A DNA stretch of 64,000 bases, taken from assembly GCA_043228905.1 (NCBI GenBank), contig JBHGNT010000008.1, forward strand, positions 20,026,001 through 20,090,000, written 5' to 3'. Origin of the DNA: Azolla caroliniana (Eukaryota > Plantae > Polypodiophyta). The notes below the pieces were generated by a model. That model saw only the letters and a list, made by a program, of their open reading frames with translations, was not told where the DNA came from and searched no databases. Each line of letters starts with the position of its first letter. Position 1 is the stretch's first letter. This document shows, one piece after another, positions 35,740 through 48,634 of the stretch. Position numbers and translations under genes: made by a program.

Positions 35740-38700
35740 TGTCGTGCCTTTCGGCGCCAAATCGTTGCGTGAGTCGGGTGGGAACCGCTGGGGTTTTGGA
35801 CTACGAGGAGGAGAGTTTTAAGGCTAATAAGAATATGAATATGAATAGGTTATAAGAAAGAGATATAGAAATTTGTGAATCCCACAAGTATAATGTATTT
35901 TATTAATCAATATTTATATAAGAATATGTATTTAGATTGAAAGAAAGAGATAAAAGAACTTGTGAATCCTACAACTATAGATTATTTCATGAATCCCACG
36001 ATTATAGTTTATTAATTGGTGTTTTAGGAAATATATCCAATTTCCAAATATTTTTCATAGACCTATTACATTGTGCTCCTCATCCTTATATAGTGATGAG
36101 AGAGTCTTAACAATCCATGCTTTTTCTATAGATAAACTCTATGTTTTTTCTAAAGTGATCCTACTTTTCTAATTTGATGCGTTTTTATGGTGTTCATGCA
36201 CGCTACATGTGCATGCGTAGCTTTGTCTTTTATCATGTGTTTTCTTCTAACTAAAGTTTATCCTAGCGTTAACTTACCTTTCTACGTGGGACGTTTACTT
36301 TTTTAACACTAATGATATGTTAGTGCAATGATAAGGCTTTACATTATTAACATGGAGGTATAGGGTTTGAATCCTACCCTGTGCATGTAACAATCTTTTC
36401 TTTTATTTACAAATATGTCTCTTCACCCGGTGAGAGACTCTCATCGGCTTTCTTCATCCGGCTCTTGCCGGGTTTGCTCGTAGTACGCTCTGTTTCTCTC
36501 ACTATGTCGACTTTGTCTCTCCATTTTGAGCATATCCATTCTTTCCACCTGAACCATTGTCGCCATCCGATCCACCATAGTCTTCGTTCACTGTTTCCAT
36601 GGCCATGGCCTGTTGTCACGACTCCTCGTGCTCCTCTTGAGCATAACCCTTCATGTCTTGTGCATGTGCCATGCTTCCCACTTTGTCCACCTTTGTCATA
36701 TAATTTCTCGTTAGAGTTGACAATCTTCATGTTATAGCCCTCCTTTGTCGAGATCTCATCCTTGGTAACACCCTTCAAAATTGCTTGGCCCGCTTGGTCC
36801 TTGTCATCCTTTGTAGTGAACCTGCTTGATCTCTTCCTCGTAATCGTCAGCCTTGATCTCTTCGACGTCCGGTTGAGTCAGATTAGCTTATTTCCGAATT
36901 GGTCTCGTCCGATCGTCTTTTGGTTGAATCGGCTTCTGTTCCGATTCGTATTCGGAATTGGTTGATTTGTTTTTACCAATTCAGTCCCCTTCCGGGTCAG
37001 TTTTTGTTTAGATCGGAATTTTGTTCGGATCATCTTCCATCCGAACCGGCTTCCGACTTTACCTTTCTTGCCACCACCTCCCGTCTCTCCGGTCTCACGT
37101 TGGTACTCGGACACAACCGCCGAAGTCTCTAGAATTAGTGGGCAGGAATCCTCGATATTACCGTCCTCCATCATTTCACCCATAGCCACATTCTCGGCTA
37201 TCTCTCCGTTGGCCTTCATTTTCTCTCCGTCATCTTCCGTCTCTTCGGTCTCACGTTGCTTTTCGAACGCAACCGCCGAAGTCTCTAGAATTTGTGGTGG
37301 GAAAGTCTTCATACGGCCATCCGCCATTGATTCGTCTACAACCACCTCTGATTCGATCGCATCTTTCGTGGCGACCTCCTCAATCAAGTATGCCTCGCAC
37401 TCTTTATCTCCCTCGATCATGCAAGCATCGATTATGCTTACCCCTTTTTCACCCGATGTTTCGGATACTTGAATTCTGAAACCTTCTTCCATTCTTGAAG
37501 TGGTGTTCGCCACTCTCAAGTCATCGACCTTAACCGTGGCCGTCATTCTTTCGCAAGACGAGAGGGTGACTTGTTCCACACTCACTCCCGTGGTACCATC
37601 ATATTGTATTTCTGCCTTCATGCCGGCTACATCATTTGTCCTTAATCGATCATCCCTTATAGGCCATGTTGTTGTTGACAAGATTCTCTTCTTCCTCTGA
37701 TCATGTCTCCGGCATACCCTTTCGACGTCGGCCCAATCCTCAGTAAAACCATTCACACCGTTATCGTCTTCGAGTTCGATCCCGATGTCCCTCCTTCCTT
37801 TCTAATCGATCGATCTTATGAACATTAGGACTTTATCCTCCCCAACCAATCGTTGTTCCCACTTCGAGAGTCGAGCAAAACGATGCTCGAACTCTAGGAA
37901 TGTTTGTGTTGCAGCTCGGTGGGTCTTCTCCGATGCCACCCATTCATCGAACTCTCGCCGATCTCATCCCTTCGATCTCTCGTAGTCATATGCCTCTCGT
38001 AAAGCTTCTTCAAAGGACCCCCATGTTGGGTTTTGCTGCCGTATCTTGTAGATTTTCTCTTGTAACCCATTTGTGGCTACCCAGCTGAAGGAAATCACTT
38101 GCAATTCTTCCGGTATCCCACATCGCATCATCTCCGCCTTGTAGTCACGTAGATAGCGTGACACATCATTTCCGTTGAATTGCCCGTTTCGTTGCACAAG
38201 CCGCTCTACTGCCGACTTCATCTCCGACATCGCACGTTGCTCTTGTTGCATCCGGTCAATCATCATCATCATTATGCTCATCGCCTCTTGTTGATTCTCC
38301 ATCTCCTTGCCACCTGCTTTCACGTCGGGTTCACCACTTGTGTCGTGCCTTTCGGCGCCGGATCATTGCATGAGTTGGGTGGGAACCGCTAGGGTTTTGG
38401 ACTAAGAGGAGGAGAGTTTTAAGGCTAATAAGAATATGAATAGGAATAGATTATAAGAAAGAGATATAGAAATTTGTGAATCCCACAAGTATAATGTATT
38501 TTATTAATCAATATTTATATAAGAATATGTATTTAGATTGAAAGAAAGAGATAAAAGAACTTGTGAATCCTACAACTATAGATTATTTCGTGAATCCCAC
38601 GATTATAGTTTATTAATTGGTGTTTTAGGAAAAATATCCAATTTCCAAATATTTTTCACAGACCTATTACATTGTGCTCCTCATCCTTATATAGTGATGA

Positions 38701-39187
38701 GAGAGTCTTAACAATCCATGCTTTTTCTATAGATAGACTCTATGCTTTCTCTAACATGCTTTTGCTAAAGTGATCCTACTTTTTCTAACTTGATGCGTTT
38801 TTATCGATTATGGTGTTCATGCACGCTAGATGTGCATGTGTAGCTTTTTCTTTTATCATGCATTTTCTTCTAACTAAAGTTTATCCTAGCATGGACTGAA
38901 CTTTCTATGTGGGACGTTTACATTTTTAACACTAATGATATGTTACTGTAATGGTAAGGCTTTACATTATAAACATGGAGGTGCAAGGTTCGAATCTTTC
39001 CTTATGCATGTAATATATATTTTTATACTTTTTTCTATTTACAAATATGTCTCTTCATTCAGTGAGAGACTCTCATCGGTCTTCTTCATCCGGTTCTCAC
39101 TAGGTCTCCTTACCGGGTACTCCATGTCCTATCCGGAGAGACCAAAAATTGCAAATTTTCACGTAGTGTGTGAATTACACTACGGCA
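35740..39187 (-). mobile_element. Non-autonomous Trp-primed gypsy derivative (gag remnant, no pol)
   Basis: LTRs 35740-~36480 (truncated) and 38341-39187; perfect PBS TTCACGTCGGGTTCACCA at 38319-38336; gag FNGNDVSRYL..W..FEEAL homologous to the 22539 ORF; imperfect TSD CCGG/ATGG. Confidence 0.88.
36321..36375 (+). promoter_or_regulatory. tRNA-like A/B-box cassette in U3 (copy at 38944-38998)
   Basis: TAGTGCAATGATAAGGC..GGAGGTATAGGGTTTGAATCC and TACTGTAATGGTAAGGC..GGAGGTGCAAGGTTCGAATCT; both have 44-nt spacing. Confidence 0.75.
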
Positions 39188-42100
39188 ATGGGAGTTCGGA
39201 ACCGATCCGAAGGCCTTGGTCACGGAAGATGACCACAATTGGGGAAGAGGCCGGTATCGTAGTCCCCAAAACCGGGACAAATCAGGGACGAGGTCGAAGT
39301 CAAGGGGGAGGCCTACTTGCTTCTATTATGGGAAGCCAGGGCACTTCCAGAATAACTGTCGGCATTTCTGGAAGGAGAAAAAAACCAACACCACCGATTC
39401 GAAGAAGAGTTCTGACCGAAACGGTTTGGACCGAAGAGGCCCGGATCGGAAAGGAAAGTCGTCAATCACGACAAGTGAAGAGGAACTGATGCTCATCACC
39501 GAGGAGAATGAGTTAAACCTTGTCGTAGACGAGATCACGTGGGTTGTCGATTCTGGAGGGTCGTTCCACCTGACACCAGATCAGAGATGCTTCTCATCCT
39601 ACACAACCAGTGATCATGGTTGTGTCCGGATGGGGAATGAAGGGACATGCCGAATTGTGGGCATAGGAGATGTGTTGTTGACGACATCAACCAGATGCAA
39701 GGTGTTGATGAAGGATGTCTGACACATTTCGGAGGTTCGACTGAACCTGATATCAGCCAGTCGGTTAGATGATAAAGGATACACAGGTAGCATCCGAAAC
39801 GGAGTCATGAAGTTCAGCAGAGGGAGCCTAATAGTGGCTCAAGCCTAGAAGGTCAACACACTAATTTTGATGCATGCCCGGATATTCCCAGGAAGATGTG
39901 AACGTAGCATCTGTCACTGTCGGTGAGCTGTGGCACAAGACACTGTGTCAGATGAGTGAGAAGGAGATGAAGAGGCTTGCCAAAGAAAATCTTATTCCGG
40001 TGAAGGACGTGCAACTTGAGAAGTGCACCGATTGCCTGGCCGGCAAGCAAAACCAAACCTCCTTCCGGTCAAGACCACCGTTGAGACGGAATGCACCACT
40101 AGAGCTCGTGCACACCATTGTGTCAAGTGGACACGAAGTCACATGACGGATCGCAGTACTTCGTGACGTTCATATATGACCACAACCGGAAGTTGTGGGT
40201 CTCACTATTGAAGACGAAAGACCAAGTGTTATCCGTCTTCAAGGAGCTCCACATTGTCGTAGTATTCCGCGGGTACGAGTAGGATCTTAGGTGGGACCGT
40301 TGGGGTCTTGGACTAGGGAGACGGATGGTGGAGTCCATATGCTTTGTATGCTTCACTCCGGAATCGGCTTCTGGCTCCAACGAATGTAGGGTTTCACAAA
40401 AAGACGGTTCACCGCGAATATGGACCCGACTCAAGTATGTTACAAGGAAGATAGATATACACTAACATGAATATATATTACAAGAGTTTACAACAAGACG
40501 GTTACATGCCCGAATCCGCTGGCTATTACAAACAATCGGTTAATACATAAGGTTGAGAATGGGGGGACCGATGAAGCAGAGTCAAGTGGGCCGCCGAGAC
40601 CGCGACGTCCATCGTTGCTCACACCTTGAAGATGATGGAGTGTTCCCGTGCCACTTCGCCCTCCCTTCTCGAACCGACCGCCATGCGAAACGCTCTCCAT
40701 CGAGGAGAGGAAACCGAACCTCCAAGTGCCACCACCGGAATGCCGAAGAGCCACTGTTGTAGAAACCCCAAACCGAAACACTAACTCAACCAAGAAGAAG
40801 GTAAACCCAAAACCCCAAGCTTATGAAACCTAGATCACATAAAGAAACCCGAAACCCTAAATCCCCGCATAATCTCTCAGAAGATGAAGAATGAGATGAA
40901 GTACTAAACCTCCACTCAAGAAGAAGGAATCAAACCCATAAGACAAAGAAGAAGAAAACCCAAAATGAAACCCTAAACGAAAATAAGAATAACATGAAGA
41001 GGAAGAACACTACCAAACCCTAAATCCATTGGTATACCCTCCTAACTCAAAATGGGCAACCCCTCTACAAGGGACCCTCCCTTCCTTTTATAGAACAAGG
41101 AGAGGGATGCGTTACAATGTGGGATAAATCCCAATTTACATGGGATTCTTTGTCCCGACTTAACTCCTACTCGGTGCCATAAAGGCACCCCTATTATTCA
41201 CACGTTTTTACAATGGTAAGTGTACATGAGGCACTCCACTGATTCTTCTGATATTCCCCGGTTTCTCACCATGGCCCGGAATCTTCATGACATCCTCCCC
41301 CACTAAATCACACGTCCAACACTACGTGCCAAGTTTGGAGAAGGGTGAGAGATTCCGGCCAGTGAGAAATCAGTCTTCCGTAATCCGCATTGGCCTCGCT
41401 GGATGCCGCGTTGGCCTCGCCGGTCTGAACCATTGGCCCCGGTTCCTTCTCCGCGTTTGCCTTCCCCTAGGCTTGTTCGACCTGTCGATATGTCATTCAC
41501 CGCGATCCCGTAGTGTGCGTGCTTCCCAGTTGGCCCTTCTGCCAACCACATGCACACTTCTCATTCCTTCGAATACATGGTGTCCTCCGTCCGAGGAGCA
41601 CCCGTGATGGCCGGCTTGGCCTTCGTCGACCTTCGCATCGTCCCGATTCTCGTTCCGCACTGATCTACACCGCCTTCGTCCCCTCGCTGCCACCTACCTT
41701 CTCCTTGGTCTTATATTGCCACGACAACCGAACTGCCAGGGTCTCCGGAACCAGTGTGGAGGATCCCTCTCCGGCCTTCTACATGAGATCACCTGGACCG
41801 GCAACATATCTTTGCGCCTGTATTCCCGCTCCAGCACCTCCGTGTGCCGCACACCCCCTTCCCATGTTCGGCACTGCACGTGTCGTTGGCCCTCGCCCAG
41901 CCAGATCATGCATCGTCACTACTCCACATACCATCATCCTCCGCGTTCGAGGAGCACCCCGTGTCGACACGCTTGGCCCCCTTCGTTCCGCACTGCTGCA
42001 ACTGGTTCGGCGCCATACACTTGTCGTCGTCCCCTTGCCCCCACCAGCTTGTTATCTCGGGCTTGGCTTGCCACACGAGTCATTGCCACTCCGATTGAGC

Positions 42101-44314
42101 CACCGAGATCCCAAAAGCGGATGTGGAGGATCCTCCTTCGGTCACTAATACCGTTTCCGGCTACCGACCCGTGCAGTCCCCTCGCCACCATTTCTGGCTT
42201 GACACACCGTTCCTTGAGCAGGTGTCCCCCGGCAGCTTACCGGAACATCACCCTTGCCGCGTCCCGGTCCGCATGGGCTCCTTTGTTTGCGTGACGCCTC
42301 GGCTATTCGGTACTTCTGTTGTTGCCACCTTCGTCCCCTTGCCGCCACCTTCCATTACCCTCGGTCTCACGTTGCCACGTCAGCCGAACTTCTGGGGTCT
42401 CCAGACAGGTGTGAAGGATCCTTCTTGGGCCTCCGATTTGTTGGGTCACCGACTCGTGTACCGAGCGCGTCCGATCTTTGTCTTGCCAACTCTGTCGGTC
42501 GGGTCTGTATCTGGTTTGTGGCCACGTCACCGGCCTGATACCTCTTTCCGCTCTTTTTCGGCCCTTCTGCTTGATCCCGTTCACCTACCGCCACCGTCCT
42601 TCTCTCTAGCTCTCACATCGGCTCTTGGGCCGACTGCCAGAGTCTTTGGATCGGTGTGAGGATCCCATAGGACCGCCCATCCTCACTTCTACGTCGTATC
42701 TCGGGATCCCGTTCACCTGCTGCCACTGTCCATCTCTCTAGGTCTCACGTTCGCTCTCGGGCCAACTGCCGGAGTCTCCGGATCGGTGTGAGGATCACCG
42801 TAGGATTGCCCATCCGCTGCCTTTGCCCTTGTCCCCTTTCCACCACCGTCAGTATCTTGGTCTTACGTCAAATCCGATGCCGATTGTCGAAGCCTCTAGA
42901 TCCGGTGTGAAGGATCCTCCTTGGGCCTCCCGTCTTTTTGACCCTATCTCGGGTCTTCCTTCTCCGCGCGTCGAGAGGGTGGCTTGCTCCACACCCTCTG
43001 CCATGGTACTGATGTACCATGTTCCGGCCTCCCCGTAGGCCTGCTTCTTCCTCCCTTCTAGATCGGTTATCCAGAAGTCTGCTCCGCCCGGTTCTCGTCC
43101 GGGTCCGTCCATCACTCCACATTGTCGGGTCCCGTTCTCCTGCCGCCACCGTCAGTATCTTGGTCTTACGTCGGATCCGATTCCGACCGCCGAAGTCTCT
43201 AGCCTGGTGTGGCCTGAACCATAGGACCGGTCTTCGTTCTTCGCTTCCGGTCGCGTATGAGCTTCAATTAGGCCCCCGGTCACTTCGGTTGTATGCCAAA
43301 TTCCGCCCTTCGCGTGCCGCGTGTGTTCCATCTCCGGCTCGATAGTCTCCTCATCCCGAACAACTCATGCTAACTCCTTCCGTTCCGCGCTCGCCTTCTG
43401 TAGGATCTACCCACGCATCGATGTCGATCTCCAAATACACGCTCCCCCTTAGGTCCTCGTGTTGCCGTAATGCACACTTCATTTCTCGCCGTAGTGCATG
43501 CGTCGTATTTCGGGCTCATCGACTCTCTCCTCGGTTCCTTTGAATATGCCCGTTCCAGGCCTCGCATCCTCCTCTTCGTCATTTCGGTTGCTTGCCTTGC
43601 CATTGCCACCGTCCGTCACTCTAGGTCTCACGCGGACTCTTGGGCTGACCGCCGGAGTCTCTAGAACCGGTGTGGGTAAGTGTTGGGATTACGGTCCCTT
43701 TCGGATGGGATGGTCGGATATCAGAGATGAATGCCGACAAGCCCGGTTTCGGTTTCGGAACCGGATGATGAAGACCCCGGCTTCGGAGCCGGATGACGAA
43801 TGTACCCGAAGCGAGATCCGGATGCGGGGACATATCTGTGAATATGTTTGCCAAGGGCCCTTGAGGCTATAGTTGTAAATAGCCCCAAAGTCATATGTGT
43901 ATAAATATGACTTAGGGCAAACAGTTTTAATGTTGCTACTCATTTTTCTGTTTTTCCACTCAAGAGGAGTGAAGAGAGAGCAGCCGTGAGAGAGATAGAG
44001 CGTGAGAGAGGAGGAGGTTGACGCCTCTGTGTATTTCCGCCGCCTGTGGCGAGGACAACGAGCTCAAGGTCGTCGCCTTGCAGCTCGCCATTGTATATTT
44101 CTCTGTGCATAGTGTTTGGTTTGGAGTCTTGTACTCCCGTGGTTTTTTCCCGTCTAGGGTTTTCCACGTTAATCCCTGTGTATTCGTGTTCTTTCTCTGT
44201 GGTTCCTATTTTCTGCTGCATCGATTCGTGCTTACTCGGTTGTGGCCGAGTGGTGAAGGTTAATCGGAGGGTCGATTTCTCTACAAACTGGTATCAGAGC
44301 GACTGCTGTAGAAA

Positions 44315-46766
44315 ATGGAAGGCGGCGGCAGCGGGCAGCCGGGAATGATGGTGCTGAATGCGCAGAATTACGCCGACTGGAAGATCAAGATGGAGGATCT
44401 TCTGATTGTTCGGGACCTGTACGAACCGATCGACAGGTCGGAAATACCGAAGGGGGTACTTGAGTCGGAATGGAGGCTTCTGAACCGGAAAGCCGTAGCA
44501 ACCATTCGGCAATACGTAGACGTGAGCGTTCTACAACATGTGGCGAACGACACCAACGCATATGAGATGTGGCGGAAGCTGTCGGGCCTCTACGAGAGGA
44601 AGAATGCGTTGAACCGGACCTCCCTGATGAGGAAGATAGTGAACCTCAAGTACCGGGACGGCGAGAGTATGGTGGAACACGTAAGCACGTTCATGGGATT
44701 CGTGAACCAGCTTGCGACGATCAAGTTCCCGTTGGAGGATGCAGTGCAAGCCATCATCCTGATGTGTACATTGCCGGAAAGCTGGGAGAACTTGGTGGTG
44801 ACTCTCAGCACCTCCTGCACCGAAGATAACTTGTCCCTACAAACGGTAAAGACAAGTATTTTGAACGAAGAAGCGCGTCGGAGAGATAAAGAACCGGCCT
44901 CCGATCCGAAGATGTTGTTTACCGAATCGGATCGGGGAAGACAACGGAACCGGAGTCCGCAAAGACGGGAGAAGTCGGGGACCCGGTCGCAGTCAAGAGG
45001 AAGACCCACATGCTTCCACTGTGGGAAGCCGGGGCACTTCCGAAAGAATTGTCGGCATTACCGAAAAGACAACGGAGCCGACGACACCGATTCGAAGAAG
45101 TCTTCGGAACGGAACGGTGCTTACCGGGGAGCCACGGACCGGAATGGTTCGGATCGGCGAGGGCAGGACAGGAAAGGAACGACGGCACTCGCGGCAAGTG
45201 AGGAAGAAATCATGCTCATCACCGAAGAAGGTGAGCTAAACATTGCCGGCGATGAGACGACCTGGGTGGTCGATTCCGGAGCGTCGTTCCACCTGACCCC
45301 GGAAAGAAGATACTTCTCATCCTACACAGCCGGTGAGCATGGCTGTGTTCGGATGGGAAATGAAGGTACGTGCCGGATCGCCGGCATAGGAGACGTGTGG
45401 TTGACAACCTCGACCGGATGTAAAATGCTGCTGAAGGATGTCCGACACGTTCCGGAGGTTCGATTGAACCTGATTTCGGCCGGGAGGCTAGACGATGAAG
45501 GCTACACAGGTAGCATCCGGAACGGCGTAATGAAGTTCAGCAAGGGGAGCCTGATAGTGGCTCGGGCCCGAAAAGTCAACACACTGTACCTGATGAATGC
45601 CCGGTTATGTCTGGAAGAGCTGAATGTGGCAGCCGACACTGCCGGTGAGCTGTGGCACAAAAGACTGTGCCACATGAGTGAGAAGGGGATGAAGAGGCTT
45701 GCAGAAGACAACCTTATTCCAGTGAAGCATGTGCACCTGGAGAAGTGCACCGATTGCCTGGCCGGTAAGCAGAACCGAACCTCCTTCCACTCAAGGCCAC
45801 CGACGAGACGTAGCGCACCATTGGAGTTGGTGCACATCGATGTGTGTCAGGTAGAAACGAAGTCACATGGCGGAGCCCAGTACTTCGTAACTTTCATAGA
45901 TGATCATAGCCGAAGACTGTGGACGGCACCGATGAAGACAAAGGACCAAGTGTTGTCCGTCTTCAAAGAACTCCACGCGAGAGTGCAAAGAGAATCCGGC
46001 AAGAAGCTGAAAGCGATACGAGCGGATAACGGAGGGGAATACTGTGGACAGTTCCAGGAGTACTGTCGCTCGAAGGGAATCCGGCTCGAGTTTACTGTGC
46101 CGAAGACGCCGGAACTGAACGGGCTGGCCGAGAGGATGAACCGGACCATAATGGAGAGGGTCCGGAGTATGCTGGCGCATGCGAAATTACCCAAGGGGTT
46201 TTGGGCTGAGGCAATGTCGATGGCGACATATGTGATAAACCGATCACCCTCAGTACCTTTGGACGGAGACACGCCGCAGAGAGTGTGGACCGGTAGGGAA
46301 GTATCCTACCGGCATCTGAAGGTGTTCGGGTGTCTCGCATACGTGCATGTGGCAAAGGACCGGAGAGGAAAGCTTGATCCAAAGACCCGGCCATGCATAT
46401 TCCTCGGTTACGGCGATGACGAGTTCGGCTACCGAGTATGGGACCCGGTCGACAAGAAGATATTCCGGAGTCGTGATATCATCTTCATGGAGAACAAGAC
46501 ACTCGCCGACTGGGAGTCGGAGAAGAAGATGAAGAGCTCCAAGTCGACCGGTGAGGATAAACTCTACGAGGAGCAGTCCCGACCGGCAAGGGACCGGTTA
46601 GCACTCGAGGATCCGGCCGAAGACGGTGAAGAAATAGAACCGGCCGAAGAAGATGAAAATGATACCGGAACCGGCCCCGATCCCGAAATGGATTCGGATG
46701 AAGAAGAATCGGAAGAACCGGTCACCGAAGCTCCGGAACGGAGATATCCTCTAAGAGAGAGAAGGG
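44315..46766 (+). CDS. Copia C gag-PR-IN, open up to the nested insertion
   Basis: 818-aa ORF with CCHC, WVVDSGAS and DDE motifs. Confidence 0.93.
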
Positions 46767-48534
46767 TGTAAGGAATAGGCCCTTCTATTCACCTTCTTCG
46801 CTCGGCCACAACCGAGTAAGCGCGAATCGATGGAGCAGAAAATAGGAACCACACGGAGAAACAAAACGCGAGTACACAGGGATTAACGTGGAAAACCCTA
46901 GACGGGAAAAACCACGGGAGTACAAGACTCCAAACCAACACTATACAGAGAAGTATACAATGGCGAGCTGCAAGGCGACGACCTTGAGCTCGCTGTCCTC
47001 GCCACAGGCGGCGGAAATACACAGAGGCGTCTACCTCTTCCTCTCTCGCGCTCTATCTCTCTCACGGCTGCTCTCTCTTCACTCCTCTAAAGTGGAAAAA
47101 CAGAAAAATGAGAAGCAACAGTAAAACTGTTTGCCCTAAGTCATATTTATACTTATATGACTTTGGGCTATTTACAACTGTAGCCTCAGGGGCCCATAGC
47201 GAACATATTCACGGATATGTCCCTGCATCCGGATCGCTCTCCGGGTACATTCGTCATCCGGTACCGAAACCGGGGTCTTCGTCATCCGGATCCGAAACCG
47301 AAACCGGGCTTGTCGGCATTCATCTCCGATATCCGACCATCCCATCCGAAAGGGACCGAAATCCCAACAAACTCCCCCTTCACTTCGGCATGGGATGTCT
47401 CTCCAATCCGATCCTCTTCCGGCATGCTTCCAGCTTGTCGGGTGTGAGCACCTTGGTCAGCATATCCGACCCGTTCTCGTCCGTGTGGATCTTCGTCAGC
47501 ACGAACTCCTTGTCTTCTATCCTTTCCCGGATCCAGTGATATCTTCGCTGGATGTGCTTCGTCCGGGAGTGATAGGCCGCGTTCTTTGCAAGGTGGATTG
47601 CACTCTGACTGTCGCAGTAGAGTCGGTACTCCTCCTGTCGGATACCGAGCTCTCTAATGAAGTCCTTCATCCATATTATTTCCTTGCCGGCTTCAACAGC
47701 CGCCATGTACTCCGCCTCCGTGGTTGACAGCGCAACCGTCTTCTGCAGCCTCGACTGCCATGAAACAGCTCCCCCTGCATACGTCATCACATACCCTGAT
47801 GTGGACCGGCTGGTATCTGCATCAGCCGACATATCCGAATCGGTAAAGCCGTCGAGTTCGGGCTTTCCGGAGCCGAATCGGAGGCACACGTCTGCCGTGC
47901 CCTTCAGGTATCGGAGTATCCACTTGGCCGCGTTCCAATGCTCTTTGCCGGGATTGCTCATGTACCGGCTCACCACTCCGACTGCATATCCGATGTCCGG
48001 TCTCGTACACACCATGGCGTACATCAAGCTCCCGACGGCTGAGGCATACGGCACTTTCATCATATCCTCCTTTTCAGCCTTTGTCTTGGGACTTTGCTTG
48101 CTGGACAGCTTGCAGTTTGTCGGGAGGGTCGATCCGACCGGTCTTGCTTCCGACATGTTGAACCGTTTAAGCACCTTTGTCACGTACTTCTCCTGTGACA
48201 GCCACAACTGCTTCTTCTTCCGGTCCCGGATGATGTGCATCCCTAGTATTTGCCTCGCCGGACCCAGGTCCTTCATTGAGAAGTTTCGGTGAAGAGCCTT
48301 CTTCAGTATCCGTATCTTGACCTGGTCTCGTCCGACGATCAACATGTCGTCCACGTACAGGAGGAGTATTAGAAAGTCTCCTCCTTCGAATTTCTTCACA
48401 AACACGCAGTGGTCGGACTGCGTTTTGAGGTACCCTTCGTCGGTCATGAAGGAGTCGAACTTCCGGTACCATTGCCGGGGAGCCTGCTTCAGTCCGTAAA
48501 GGCTCTTCTTCAACCGGCATACCAGGTGCTCCTT

Positions 48535-48634
48535 NNNNNNNNNNNNNNNNNNNNNNNNNNNNNNNNNNNNNNNNNNNNNNNNNNNNNNNNNNNNNNNNNN
48601 NNNNNNNNNNNNNNNNNNNNNNNNNNNNNNNNNN
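48535..48634. other. Assembly gap (100 N)
   Basis: Run of n characters. Confidence 1.

Larger units (their letters stand above)
34590..40254 (+). mobile_element. Tnt1-like copia, family B (relative of A): 5' LTR, gag to IN, interrupted
   Basis: LTR 34590-35137; PBS TGGTATCAGAGC at 35141-35152; coding remnants at 35168-35739 and 39188-40254. Confidence 0.9.

Noticed and set aside
41205-41260. tRNA-like cassette in the fourth Trp-type LTR (TTACAATGGTAAG)
   Set aside because: No box B at the expected distance, so the cassette is not universal in this group or has decayed here.
41287-43680. Many overlapping ORFs as novel genes
   Set aside because: GC-rich repetitive interior with few stop codons; no recognisable domain or consistent frame.
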